From positions 5,571 to 69,570 of the forward strand of contig JAKBBN010000005.1 in the NCBI GenBank assembly GCA_021808485.1: 64,000 nucleotides of DNA. The letters are read 5' to 3'. How positions within the stretch are numbered: the first letter of the stretch is position 1; each line of letters opens with the position of its first letter. Both the position numbers and the translations under genes were made by a program. Positions 27,516 to 37,627 of this stretch are shown here, in pieces. Source of the DNA: Planctomycetota bacterium. Lineage in GTDB: Bacteria; Planctomycetota; Phycisphaerae; WQYP01. The notes below the pieces were generated by a model. It worked only from the letters and a program-made list of their open reading frames with translations. It was not told where the DNA came from and did no database searches.

Positions 27516-30500
27516 TTATAACGTTCGGGCCACATCCACGGTCTTGTAAGCTTCCAACCGGTCGCCGATTTTAATATCGTCATGACCGGCGAATTTAACG
27601 CCGCATTCCAACCCGCCGCGCACATCCTTTACATCCTCTTTGAATCGCTTGAGCGACTCGAGGGTCAGGCCTTCGATGAAAAGATTGCCCTCGCGGAAAA
27701 TGCGGTATTTATTTGTGCGCTGCAATACGCCGTCGGTGACAATGCAACCGCCGATGTTGCCTACCTTGCTCACGCGGATGACCTGGCGCACTTCCGCATG
27801 GCCGAGTATCTGCTCCTGTTTCTCCGGAGCCAGCATGCCCGTAAGAGCTTTGCGGATTTCATCGGTAATCTGGTAAATGATGTTGTACAGCCGGATATCC
27901 ACGCGGCGGGCTTCGGCGAGCTTGCGGGCCGTTTCATCCACTTTGACGGAAAAACCGACGATTACCGCATTGGAGGCTTCGGCAAGCAGCACGTCGCTTT
28001 CCGTAATTCCACCCACAGCCGAGTGCAGCAGTTTTACCTGCACTTCCTGGGACAGTTCCTCCGTCATTGTTTTGCGAAGGACATCCACGGAACCCTGCAC
28101 ATCGGCCTTCAGGATCATATTGAGCTCTTTAATCTGGCCGCGTTTGATCGTGTCGTACAGGTTTTCCAGGGTTACCTTGCTGCGCTGTGCGATTTCCGCA
28201 TCGCGGTCCGCCCGGGCGCGTTCCTCAGCGATTGTTTTCGATTGGCTCAGGTCGTCCACAACATAAAGTGGATCGCCGCCGACGGGAACGTTATCCAGTC
28301 CGATTACTTCCACCGGTGTTGCCGGACCGGCTTCCTGAATGGACAGGCCCTTGTCGTCGATCAGTTGGCGTACGCGGCCGGAGGCCGGCCCGCACACCAC
28401 CGGATCGCCTATGCGAAGCGTGCCATTCTGCACCATCACGCGGGCTACCACGCCGCGCAGCGGATCCATGAAGGATTCAATGACAGAGCCTCTTGCCGGC
28501 AGACCGGGGGAAGCCCTAAGTTCGCGAAGCAGGGCCACGTAATCCAGATATTCGATAAGCTCTTTAACGCCCTGACCGGTGGCGGCGCTGGTTCGCACCA
28601 CTTCCGTGTCACCACCCCATTCCGCGGGATTAAGGCCGTTTTCCGCCAGCTGCCCCAGGACTTTGTTGGCATTGGCTTCGGGTTTGTCAATTTTGTTGAG
28701 CGCCACGACGATCGGCACGCCGGCCGCCTTGGCATGATTGATGGATTCGATTGTCTGCGGCATGACGCCGTCATCCGCGGCCACAACCAGCACCACGACA
28801 TCGGTAAGATTGGCGCCGCGGGCGCGCATTGCGGTAAACGCCTGGTGTCCCGGCGTGTCCAGGAAAGTGACGCGCTTGGTTTTGCCGTCCGAACCGGCGA
28901 CTTTAATGGTATACGCACCGATATGCTGCGTAATTCCGCCCGCTTCACCCGCTGCAACCTGGGCGGAGCGAATCTTATCCAGCAGGCTTGTTTTACCGTG
29001 ATCCACATGGCCCAATACCGTCACGATGGCGGAACGCGGCTCCTGAGGCGCCGCGGCCGCTTTTTCCCGGTACTGCCGTTCCATGGCCGCATACAGCGAT
29101 TCTTTGGCTTTCACCACCAATTCAATGCCAAAATCGATCGCCAGCATCTGCGCTGTCTCTGCGTCCAGCGTCTGGTTCACCGTGACCATGGCGCCCTGGG
29201 CCATCAATTTTTTCAGCAGTTCACCGGATTTGACGCCCATCGCCTCGGATAACTGACGGACCGTAAGTGGAGGGGTGATTTCCACGGCCGATGGCCGCGC
29301 GGCCGGGGCGTGCGGCAGTTGATTGCGAGACTGGGACTTGTTGATCTGACGCCGGCGGCTGCGAAAAACATCGCCGGTGGCGGATGCCAGTCGCTCCGCA
29401 CGATCCTGAAGATCGGCTTCACGCCATTCACGAATCAAATCAATGCCCGCATCGCCGGAGCGGGTTGAACCGCGGCGCGGATTTTTGCCTTTGGCGCGAG
29501 CCGCTGATTCTTCATCATCGGAATAGGAACTTTCAGTACGACCCTTTGCCCGGTGGCCGCTCGCGGAGGTGGGCAGCGGCATGCCGCCCCTGCCGACGGG
29601 CGGAGGCCCGCCGAGATTGGCTGCGGGCGGACGCGGACGGGAGCGCGGTGCGGCCACTTGATCCGGCGCCTCAACGCGCACAACCTTGGGGCCCTGTAAT
29701 TGCGCCGGGGCCGGTACATTGCGATGGCCGGCGGGCGCCACCACCGGTCGTTGAACAACGTTGGGCACGCCGCGTGGTGATACAACCGTCGGCGGCCGTA
29801 CCGGCTTAACCGGCACTTCCGCGGCGGGTTTTACCGTGGCGCCGCCCGGCGGCGGAGTTCCGTGAGCCGGCTGACGTTTGGCATGGCTGACGGCGTCCGC
29901 ATCCGTCGATACGGCGGCGGCGTGTTCGGCGGTGCCGTGTGCATCGGTTTTTTCCGGCTTGTGGCCTGGACGTACCGGGTGGGCAGGAATTTCAACAGGC
30001 GTGACCGGCGGTTCATCCGGCTTGGCCGCAACGGTTTCAGGAGCCGGGTGCTCAACAACAGCCGGAGACTCAGGCTCCGCCGCCGGACTGGCGGATGATT
30101 CGACGGTTGAAGTTTCCACGTCCTCGGGAATGTCCCGTTCGGGTGGGGTCGTCGTTTCTGCTTTGGTGCCGCGGGATCTGCGCCGCGGCGGGGCCGAATC
30201 GGATTCGGCGGGGGGCGGCTCTACGGTCAGAGTGGCGGTGGAACCTCCTGCATCGGTGTCTTCGGTGCGATCTTCCGTTTTCGATTTGCGGCCGGCCTTT
30301 TTCTTGATTTTCGCCACATCGACATGGGCGGCCTTTTCAACGGCGGTCCGGGGCGAACCGGTGCTGAACCACTCGCGGATGGTTTGCGCCAGACCCACTC
30401 CCACGGAGCTGCGGTAATCCTTTATTCCGGGTATGTCCTCAGCCAGACATTTTTCAACAATGTCTTTGCTTTCAACGCCGAGTTCTTTGGCGAGTTGATG

Positions 30501-30518
30501 TACTTTCATCGTACTCAA
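27516..30518 (-). CDS. infB: Translation initiation factor IF-2
   Basis: G-domain [28 protein letters not shown]; long Pro/Ala-rich N-terminal region; IF2 C-terminal beta-barrels. Confidence 0.95.
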   Translation of the reverse strand: MSTMKVHQLAKELGVESKDIVEKCLAEDIPGIKDYRSSVGVGLAQTIREWFSTGSPRTAVEKAAHVDVAKIKKKAGRKSKTEDRTEDTDAGGSTATLTVEPPPAESDSAPPRRRSRGTKAETTTPPERDIPEDVETSTVESSASPAAEPESPAVVEHPAPETVAAKPDEPPVTPVEIPAHPVRPGHKPEKTDAHGTAEHAAAVSTDADAVSHAKRQPAHGTPPPGGATVKPAAEVPVKPVRPPTVVSPRGVPNVVQRPVVAPAGHRNVPAPAQLQGPKVVRVEAPDQVAAPRSRPRPPAANLGGPPPVGRGGMPLPTSASGHRAKGRTESSYSDDEESAARAKGKNPRRGSTRSGDAGIDLIREWREADLQDRAERLASATGDVFRSRRRQINKSQSRNQLPHAPAARPSAVEITPPLTVRQLSEAMGVKSGELLKKLMAQGAMVTVNQTLDAETAQMLAIDFGIELVVKAKESLYAAMERQYREKAAAAPQEPRSAIVTVLGHVDHGKTSLLDKIRSAQVAAGEAGGITQHIGAYTIKVAGSDGKTKRVTFLDTPGHQAFTAMRARGANLTDVVVLVVAADDGVMPQTIESINHAKAAGVPIVVALNKIDKPEANANKVLGQLAENGLNPAEWGGDTEVVRTSAATGQGVKELIEYLDYVALLRELRASPGLPARGSVIESFMDPLRGVVARVMVQNGTLRIGDPVVCGPASGRVRQLIDDKGLSIQEAGPATPVEVIGLDNVPVGGDPLYVVDDLSQSKTIAEERARADRDAEIAQRSKVTLENLYDTIKRGQIKELNMILKADVQGSVDVLRKTMTEELSQEVQVKLLHSAVGGITESDVLLAEASNAVIVGFSVKVDETARKLAEARRVDIRLYNIIYQITDEIRKALTGMLAPEKQEQILGHAEVRQVIRVSKVGNIGGCIVTDGVLQRTNKYRIFREGNLFIEGLTLESLKRFKEDVKDVRGGLECGVKFAGHDDIKIGDRLEAYKTVDVARTL

Positions 30519-30620
30519 TGAACGCTCCAGTGAATGAGGGCCGCTGATCGCCGGGGAATAATCGGGCCGGCCTGCGGACCCCGTATCAGGTTTTCCAGTG
30601 CGCCGTGCTCACAGCGCGGC

Positions 30621-31916
30621 TCAATTCGGTGATGCATTTGCATCGGGTTCCGGTACGGCCTCCTGGGCCGTCGCGGAAGTTTCATCGGCCGGTCCGGCCA
30701 GCGCCATGGCTGTGGCGGCGGCTTCCGCACGGGCGGCCTGGGCCTCGGCGGCTTTTCGAACGGCATCTTCCTCCGCGATGCGTGCCGCATTCACACGGGC
30801 GGTATCCAGTACCGTGGCGGCAAGCTCCGGGGTAATCTCCAATTCTTTTACCAGCGGCTCGGCCCCAACTTCATCAAGGTCGTTGAGGTTGATAATGCCC
30901 AGCGCCACCAGCCGGTCGACAAACTTGTCGTCCACACCGGTAATCGTCTTCATGACCTTTTCCAGATCATCCAGACCCTTGCTGTATTCCGGCGGCGTAA
31001 GGATGTCAATATCCCAGCCGGTCAGGCGGGCGGCGAGGCGCACGTTCTGGCCCCGTTTGCCGATGGCCAGCGAGAGTTTATCTTCATTGACCACTACCGT
31101 GGCGCGGTTTAATTCAAAATTCAGGGCGATTTCAATAATTTCCGCCGGCTTGAGGGCGTTGGTGATCAGCACCTGACTTGATTCATTCCAGCGCACAATG
31201 TCGATTTTTTCGCCCCCCAGCTCATCCACGATATTTTTAATGCGGCTGCCGCGAACGCCCACGCAGGCGCCCACGCAATCAACTTTTGTATCAATGGAAG
31301 AAACGGCGATTTTTGTGCGGTAGCCGGCCTCACGGGCAAGGGCGCGGATTTCGATGATTTTTTCCTGTACTTCCGGTACTTCCAACTCAAAAAGCCGTTT
31401 GATGAAATCCGGATGGGAGCGGGAAAGAATGATTTTCACCTGGCTGCCGACATCGCGCACTTCCAGCACCAGGCAACGGATGCGTTCGCCGGGTTTGTGG
31501 GATTCGCCCGGAATCTGTTCACTGCGAGGCATGAAGCCCTCGCACCGGCCCAGGTTGACCGACAGGATATTGCCCTCCGCTCGGGCTACCGTACCGGTGA
31601 TGAGTTGGCTTTTGCGATCGGAAAACTCTTCATATATGCTGCCGCGCTCGTCCTCGCGAATTTTCTGGATCAGAACCTGTTTTGCGGTTTGCGCCGCAAT
31701 TCTCCCGAATTCCTTGTAGTCGATGAGGATGCCGTTTTTGCGGACTTCAATGTCGCCGGTCATACGGTCTATGGTGCACATCACGTCATCCGCTTCGCCG
31801 TAGAATTTACGGGCGGCCGAAAGCAGCGACGTTTCAATATCGGTAAAGATGGAATCCTTTTCTATGTTCTTGTCGCGTGCGATGGAGTCCACGATACGCA
31901 GAAGATCCTGATTCAT
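30621..31916 (-). CDS. nusA: Transcription termination/antitermination factor NusA
   Basis: S1 and tandem KH domains, C-terminal acidic repeats; ATG (MNQDLLRIVDS) with AAGAGG upstream preferred over upstream TTG. Confidence 0.92.
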   Translation of the reverse strand: MNQDLLRIVDSIARDKNIEKDSIFTDIETSLLSAARKFYGEADDVMCTIDRMTGDIEVRKNGILIDYKEFGRIAAQTAKQVLIQKIREDERGSIYEEFSDRKSQLITGTVARAEGNILSVNLGRCEGFMPRSEQIPGESHKPGERIRCLVLEVRDVGSQVKIILSRSHPDFIKRLFELEVPEVQEKIIEIRALAREAGYRTKIAVSSIDTKVDCVGACVGVRGSRIKNIVDELGGEKIDIVRWNESSQVLITNALKPAEIIEIALNFELNRATVVVNEDKLSLAIGKRGQNVRLAARLTGWDIDILTPPEYSKGLDDLEKVMKTITGVDDKFVDRLVALGIINLNDLDEVGAEPLVKELEITPELAATVLDTARVNAARIAEEDAVRKAAEAQAARAEAAATAMALAGPADETSATAQEAVPEPDANASPN

Positions 31917-32811
31917 GTTGTTTCTAACCTCTTGCAAATATCCTCACCGGATCATGCCGGCGGGCCGCCGCAATCAGTGCGGCGCATTCCTTATGCTTTC
32001 AATCCGCGCGAAAACACGTCTTTCGCACCTGGCGTATCGTCCGGTCCCGGGACAGGTTGATTCCGGCCGTCGATGCGCCGCGGCCATGTAAATAACACCG
32101 CTCCGGCTGGTCCGACGCCTCCGGTAATAATCCCGCGGACGGCCGGCAAAACCCGGTCATCAGGGAAACCGTGCCGCACCGCAAGCGGTGCGACTCATGA
32201 CAAGGGGAAAACAAAACCCTCGTGATGACACACCGCGCGGTGCGCCTGCGGAACAATAGGCTGTCCCGCCCGTCTGGAGGACGGCTTGGCAGGCGTGATT
32301 CTATGAGACTTATGCCTACGCATAGCTCTGCTCAATTCCACGCAAAAGCTGCACGTCAAACTCCCAAAGGGACGCCAAAGGCCGGGACAACACCCGTCCA
32401 GAACGAATCAACATTATACCCGTCTGCTGGAGAACCACAATCCGTCTGAATTTATAAATGCGAAAACAAAATGCTTCCGTTTGACTTATCGCCCGATTGC
32501 GTGGTGGTATAACCCGTTCTTTTCAATGGAATGTGAAGTCCTTCCCATCGGTTTGACCAAAATTGTTTCGCACAAAAGAATTTTTAAGGGATATGAAATA
32601 TTGACTTATGCCGTCGGTTAAATTAACCTGTCGCATTCGAATTTTCGCTGCGGGCGATTCCATGTATCTGGAAATTTGCGTCAGGTGGACGAAAATGAGG
32701 TGGTTTGGAATCGCCGCCGTTATGAATAAGGGCGGCCGGTTGCGATCGCAGCGCAGCGGCTGAAGGCCGGTTATTGCCGGAAATATGAAATCTGCGAATG
32801 GAGCTTAGAAC

Positions 32812-33000
32812 ATGTTACCTGTGGCCAGAACCAGCAAATCCCGCAAGGGTATGCGCCGCGCCCATCACGCCCTAACCGGAATTGCCGCGGTTCGTTGTCC
32901 CCGTTGCAATCAAGCCAAGTTACCGCATCGCGTATGCGGAAGTTGCGGTTATGTGAATCGTAGCCTGACCGTCGCGACGGTCGGCAAACAAAACAGCTGA
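32812..33000 (+). CDS. rpmF: 50S ribosomal protein L32
   Basis: MLPVARTSKSRKGMRRAHHAL...CPRCNQAKLPHRVCGSCGYV zinc-ribbon L32. Confidence 0.9.
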   Translation: MLPVARTSKSRKGMRRAHHALTGIAAVRCPRCNQAKLPHRVCGSCGYVNRSLTVATVGKQNS

Positions 33001-33111
33001 CATTCGACCTACCAGCGTCGCCTTGCGGCTGCTCTCGGCGGTTGTTTCTGAATGCTCCGGTGCGGGGGTTCGGATTGAAATTTTGTTTCCTCTTTCAGGG
33101 CATTTGATTCG

Positions 33112-34110
33112 ATGCGCATCGCCATTGATGCCATGGGTGGAGATCACGCTCCGGAGAAAATTCTTCAGGGTGCCGTGGATTCTCTCGACCTTCTGGATTC
33201 CTCCGATGAATTGATACTCGTCGGCAGGCCGGAAATTATTCAGCCGTGGATCGCCGGTGTTTCCACCCATGGACCGAGCGTGCGGGTTGTGGCGGCGGCC
33301 GACGTCATCGGCATGGATGAATCGCCCGTTGAGGCGGTGCGCAAAAAGCGCGACAGTTCCATCGTCAAAATGGTTAAAATCGCCGCGGCCGGCGATGCGG
33401 ACGCCATTATTTCCGCAGGCAACACGGGGGCGTTGGTGGCCGCGGGTGTTCTCATGCTCAAAAGTCTTGCCGGCGTTGAAAGACCGGGCATAGCCTGTAC
33501 GATTCCTACGCCGCACGGCGTGGTGATGTTGTGCGATGCCGGCGCCAATGTGACGCCCAAGCCGGCGCATCTGCACCAATATGCCGTGTTGGCGAGCGTG
33601 TACATGCAGGCGCTGCATCATATTGAAAACCCGCGCGTCGGGTTATTGAATGTGGGAACGGAAGAGGGAAAAGGCACCCCGCTGATAAAGGAAACTCGCG
33701 GACTGTTGGAAAAGGACCAATCGCTTAACTTTGTCGGGTACGTGGAGGGGCGGGAAATGTTCAAAGGCGTGTGCGACGTCGTCGTAACCGACGGCTTTAC
33801 CGGCAATGTCATGCTTAAAGTAATCGAAGGAATGAATTCGTCCTTCATGACCATGTTGCACCAGGCCGCCGTGGAACACAGTCCCACGGCTCTTGCCGAT
33901 TTTAAACCTTTGCTCTCGCGCGTAACCAGTCGCTATGACCATGAAGAATATGGCGGTGCTCTGCTTTTGGGCGTGGCGGGATTGTTTTTCAAGGTGCATG
34001 GTGCGGCGGGTCCCCGGGCCATTCGCAACGCAGTGCGGCGCGCAAAGGACGCCGGCCGGCTGAATGTCAATGCCCGGATCGTACAGCGGCTCTCACCGTC
34101 GGCGGTGTAA
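33112..34110 (+). CDS. plsX: Phosphate acyltransferase PlsX
   Basis: MRIAIDAMGGDHAPEKILQGAV... classic PlsX N-terminus and length. Confidence 0.92.
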   Translation: MRIAIDAMGGDHAPEKILQGAVDSLDLLDSSDELILVGRPEIIQPWIAGVSTHGPSVRVVAAADVIGMDESPVEAVRKKRDSSIVKMVKIAAAGDADAIISAGNTGALVAAGVLMLKSLAGVERPGIACTIPTPHGVVMLCDAGANVTPKPAHLHQYAVLASVYMQALHHIENPRVGLLNVGTEEGKGTPLIKETRGLLEKDQSLNFVGYVEGREMFKGVCDVVVTDGFTGNVMLKVIEGMNSSFMTMLHQAAVEHSPTALADFKPLLSRVTSRYDHEEYGGALLLGVAGLFFKVHGAAGPRAIRNAVRRAKDAGRLNVNARIVQRLSPSAV

Positions 34111-34239
34111 AACGGTAGCGGTTTAGGGTGAATCGTGGTAGGGTCTTGCAGCAGCGACGCAGGCTTCGTCGCTGTCCACGGGTCGGGGACGTAAAGTCCG
34201 TGGCCCGGCAAAACCGAATTTAGAGGAGAAAACGCGGCA

Positions 34240-35232
34240 ATGCCCCGATTTGGCGCAATTATTTCCGGAACCGGAAGTTATGTTCCGGAAAAACGTTTGA
34301 CTAACCAGGACCTTGAAAAACTGGTGGAAACCAGCAATGACTGGATTGTGCAGCGCACCGGCATTCGTGAGCGGCGCATCGCCGCGTCGGAGCAGGCTAC
34401 ATCAGATCTTGCCATTGAAGCGGCGCGGCGGGCCATAGAATCCGCCCGCATTAAGCCCGACGATATTGACCTGATTATCGCGGCCACTTTGACGCCGGAT
34501 ATGTCCACACCCTCCACCGCCTGCATTTTGCAGTCGGCATTGGGTATCAAGCGGCATATCGGCGCCTTTGACATAAATGCCGCCTGTTCCGGATTTGTCT
34601 ATTCGCTGTCCACGGCGTCGCAATTTATCGTCAATGGAATCTATAAGCATGTACTGGTGGTGGGTGCGGAAACACTTTCACGTATTGTGGACTACACCGA
34701 TCGTGGAACCTGCATTCTCTTCGGCGATGGGGCGGGCGCCGTGATCCTTTCCGCGTGCGATGACCCGGAACGCGGCCTGCAGGCGTTTGAACTTGGCGCG
34801 GATGGAGCAGGGGGGCCGCTGTTGAATGTGCCGGCCGGCGGCTCGCGTATGGCCATAACACCGGAAGTGCTGGCCCGGCACGACCACTGCCTGAAGATGA
34901 GCGGGCGCGAAGTCTACAAATTTGCCGTCACCCAGATGACGCACAGCCTGCAGCAGGCCATGCAGGCCTGCTCCCTGACGAGTGAACATGTGCGGCTGGT
35001 GGTGCCCCATCAGGTAAATCAACGGATCATCGACAGCGCCACGGGAAAAATGGGTTTTCCCGCGGAGAAGGTCTATATCAATATAGACCGGTACGGCAAC
35101 ACCTCCGGCGCTTCGGTGCCCATCGCGCTGGATGAGGCAATGCGGAGCGGCCGCTGCGGCGCCGGCGACTGGATCATCATGGTGGCGTTCGGCGCGGGCC
35201 TCACCTGGGCTTCGGCCACGGTTCGGCTGTAA
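34240..35232 (+). CDS. fabH: 3-oxoacyl-ACP synthase III
   Basis: IISGTGSYVPEKRLTNQDLEKLVETSNDWIVQRTGIRERRIA, active-site ACSGF, C-terminal GAGLTW. Confidence 0.92.
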   Translation: MPRFGAIISGTGSYVPEKRLTNQDLEKLVETSNDWIVQRTGIRERRIAASEQATSDLAIEAARRAIESARIKPDDIDLIIAATLTPDMSTPSTACILQSALGIKRHIGAFDINAACSGFVYSLSTASQFIVNGIYKHVLVVGAETLSRIVDYTDRGTCILFGDGAGAVILSACDDPERGLQAFELGADGAGGPLLNVPAGGSRMAITPEVLARHDHCLKMSGREVYKFAVTQMTHSLQQAMQACSLTSEHVRLVVPHQVNQRIIDSATGKMGFPAEKVYINIDRYGNTSGASVPIALDEAMRSGRCGAGDWIIMVAFGAGLTWASATVRL

Positions 35233-35330
35233 TTAAGGGCGATGCCGGTGCAAAGTAAACCGCGTGCCGGAAGATCGGAATTTTATATTCATGCCGCACT
35301 CCGCCGGCGGCGGAACGGTGCGGAATTGGA

Positions 35331-36254
35331 ATGAACATGCAGCAGGCTATCTTATGTCCCGGACAGGGTGCTCAGCACGTGGGCATGGGTCGGGATTTTT
35401 ATGAATCACACAAAGCGGCGCGGGATGTGTATGCCGCGGCGGATGATATCCTCGGCTTTTCACTTTCCGACATCTGCTTTCAGGGGCCGGAAAACAGGCT
35501 CCAGCAGACGGATGTCGCCCAGGTCGGTATTTTTGTAACCAGCGCCGCAATTTACGAAACACTCAAACTCCTGGGAAAATTGCCGGCCGGTGTGGATGCA
35601 ACTGCCGGACTTTCACTGGGCGAATACACCGCGCTTTACATCGCCGGCGCCATAACCCTGGCCGACGGTATCCGCGTTGTGCGGGCACGCGGTGAACTGA
35701 TGCAGGCGGCCGCTGTCGCCCAGCCCAGCACCATGCTGGCGCTGGTGGGGGCTGATGAGGCTCAGGCGGCGGAGATATGCCGTCAGGCGTCGACAGAAGG
35801 CGTGATCGTGCCGGCGAATTTTAACGCGCCCGGACAGATTGTACTTTCCGGCGGCGTGGAGGCCTGTGGGCAGGCCGCAAAAATCGCACAGACCCTGGGG
35901 GTGCGGAGTGTGCAGTTGAGCGTGGCCGGCGCGTTTCATTCGCCGTTCATGCAGCCTGCCGCGGATCAAATGCGGCGGATTCTCGCCGAGGTTCCATTGG
36001 TGATGCCCCGAATCGCGGTGATCAGTAATGTCACAGCGCGGCCGCATGAATCCGTGGAAAAGATACGGGATTTGCTGGTGGAGCAGATTGTTGCACCGGT
36101 ACGCTGGAGCCAAAGCATGGATTACCTGCGGCAGCACGGCGCCGCCGGGTTTCTTGAACTTGGACCCGGGCGCGTGCTTACCGGTTTGATGAAGAAAATG
36201 GACCGGCGCGCGGCAGTTGTGAATGTATCAACGACTGACGGCCTGGCGGCCTGA
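35331..36254 (+). CDS. fabD: Malonyl-CoA:ACP transacylase
   Basis: LCPGQGAQHVGMG, active-site GLSLGEYTA, GAFHSPFM. Confidence 0.92.
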   Translation: MNMQQAILCPGQGAQHVGMGRDFYESHKAARDVYAAADDILGFSLSDICFQGPENRLQQTDVAQVGIFVTSAAIYETLKLLGKLPAGVDATAGLSLGEYTALYIAGAITLADGIRVVRARGELMQAAAVAQPSTMLALVGADEAQAAEICRQASTEGVIVPANFNAPGQIVLSGGVEACGQAAKIAQTLGVRSVQLSVAGAFHSPFMQPAADQMRRILAEVPLVMPRIAVISNVTARPHESVEKIRDLLVEQIVAPVRWSQSMDYLRQHGAAGFLELGPGRVLTGLMKKMDRRAAVVNVSTTDGLAA

Positions 36255-36294
36255 ATGCCGGCGGCTTCCGGAGCGTCCAGCGGAGATTTAGCGA

Positions 36295-37041
36295 ATGACT
36301 GAAGCAAATACCAGACGGGTGGCCTATGTGACCGGCGGGTCGCGCGGTATTGGCGAAGCAATTGTGCGGGCGTTGGCCGCGGACGGGCATCACGTCGTGG
36401 CGGTTGCGCGAAATGGGGACCGATTGTCCGCATTGTGTGCGGAAATTTCCGCGCGGGGCGGATCCGCTGAACCCGCCGTCGTGGATATTTCCGATGGGGC
36501 GGCCGTAACCGCATCCGTTGAAGCCGTTATTGAAAAACATGGTCGTCTGGATGTACTGGTCAATAACGCGGGAATTACGCGGGACGGGCTGTTCATGCGG
36601 ATGGATGACAAGGATTTTGACGATGTCATCAATACCAACCTACGCGCGGCATTTGTGGCCTGCCGTGCCGCGAGCCGCAGCATGATACGCGCCCGTTGGG
36701 GACGGATTATCAATATTGCCTCCGTTTCGGGTATTATCGGCAACGCCGGGCAGGTGAATTATTCGGCGTCCAAGGCCGGCCTCATCGGCATGACCAAATC
36801 AATAGCCAGGGAGCTGGCCGGCAAGCAGGTGACCGCCAATTGTGTCGCACCCGGATTTACCACAACGGATATGACGGATGTTCTTCCCGCGCCGATAAAA
36901 GACAAGGTGAAGGAAGTCATTCCTCTGCGGCGATTTGGCACACCGGCGGAAGTCGCGGCTGTCGTCGGTTTTCTGGCGGGTGATGGAGCCGCATACATCA
37001 CCGGACAGGTGGTGGCCGTGGATGGGGGCATGAGTATGTAA
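36295..37041 (+). CDS. fabG: 3-oxoacyl-ACP reductase
   Basis: VTGGSRGIGEAIV, NNAGITRD, catalytic YSASKAG SDR motifs. Confidence 0.92.
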   Translation: MTEANTRRVAYVTGGSRGIGEAIVRALAADGHHVVAVARNGDRLSALCAEISARGGSAEPAVVDISDGAAVTASVEAVIEKHGRLDVLVNNAGITRDGLFMRMDDKDFDDVINTNLRAAFVACRAASRSMIRARWGRIINIASVSGIIGNAGQVNYSASKAGLIGMTKSIARELAGKQVTANCVAPGFTTTDMTDVLPAPIKDKVKEVIPLRRFGTPAEVAAVVGFLAGDGAAYITGQVVAVDGGMSM

Positions 37042-37261
37042 TGAATCGGCCGGGATGGAGCGGGCCGAAGGTGGCGGCGGCGTAGCCGGGTGCTTTTGGG
37101 TCTTTTGCGAATTTTGGGCATTCCGCATCGGCGCCTGAAATCGCTGCAGTCAGCTTGGCGGCGTTGCCAAGTTGACAGTTATACGCTAACCTAATCATCC
37201 TGATAAATGCACGGGTGATGATAGTTTTTTGACTAAAACCCTTTTTTTGGAGGCCTTTGGC

Positions 37262-37528
37262 ATGGCTGAACTCGATTCACAGATTGAAACTAAAGTTATT
37301 GACATCGTTGCCGAGCAAATGGGCGTGGATAAGGCGGAAATTACCCGTGAAACCAGCTTTGTCAATGATCTGAATGCCGACAGCCTGGACACGGTGGAAC
37401 TGGTGATGGAATTCGAGGATGAATTCGAAATGTCCATCCCGGATGAAGAAGCTGAAAAAATTCAGACTGTCGGTCAGGCAATCGATTACATCAAGACCAT
37501 CGCTGCCAAGGTAAAGCCGCAGCAATAA
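37262..37528 (+). CDS. acpP: Acyl carrier protein
   Basis: [20 protein letters not shown] phosphopantetheine-attachment site; ATG after GGAGG. Confidence 0.92.
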   Translation: MAELDSQIETKVIDIVAEQMGVDKAEITRETSFVNDLNADSLDTVELVMEFEDEFEMSIPDEEAEKIQTVGQAIDYIKTIAAKVKPQQ

Positions 37529-37627
37529 CCGTCGGCAGGAGCGGCCCTTCACCGCTGCCCGTCACGCGTGTTTTACCGCCGTCTGCGCCGGTCCGGCCAT
37601 GCAGCGTTATGGAGTGCGTACCCCACA

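Noticed and set aside
32100-32300. Possible RNase P or SRP RNA in the nusA-rpmF spacer (CACCGCGCGG, GATGAC and AAAACCCGGTCAT segments weakly resemble conserved rnpB/ffs blocks)
   Set aside because: Spacing between the putative conserved blocks (~100 nt) is far too short for RNase P RNA. The SRP domain IV consensus (GUCAGGUCCGGAAGGAAGCAGC) is not present. The region is kept only as a generic ncRNA candidate.
32222-32449. 75-aa ORF in the long nusA-rpmF spacer
   Set aside because: Its translation is low-complexity (RLRNNRLSRPSGGRLGRR...), with no RBS or homology. It is probably non-coding.
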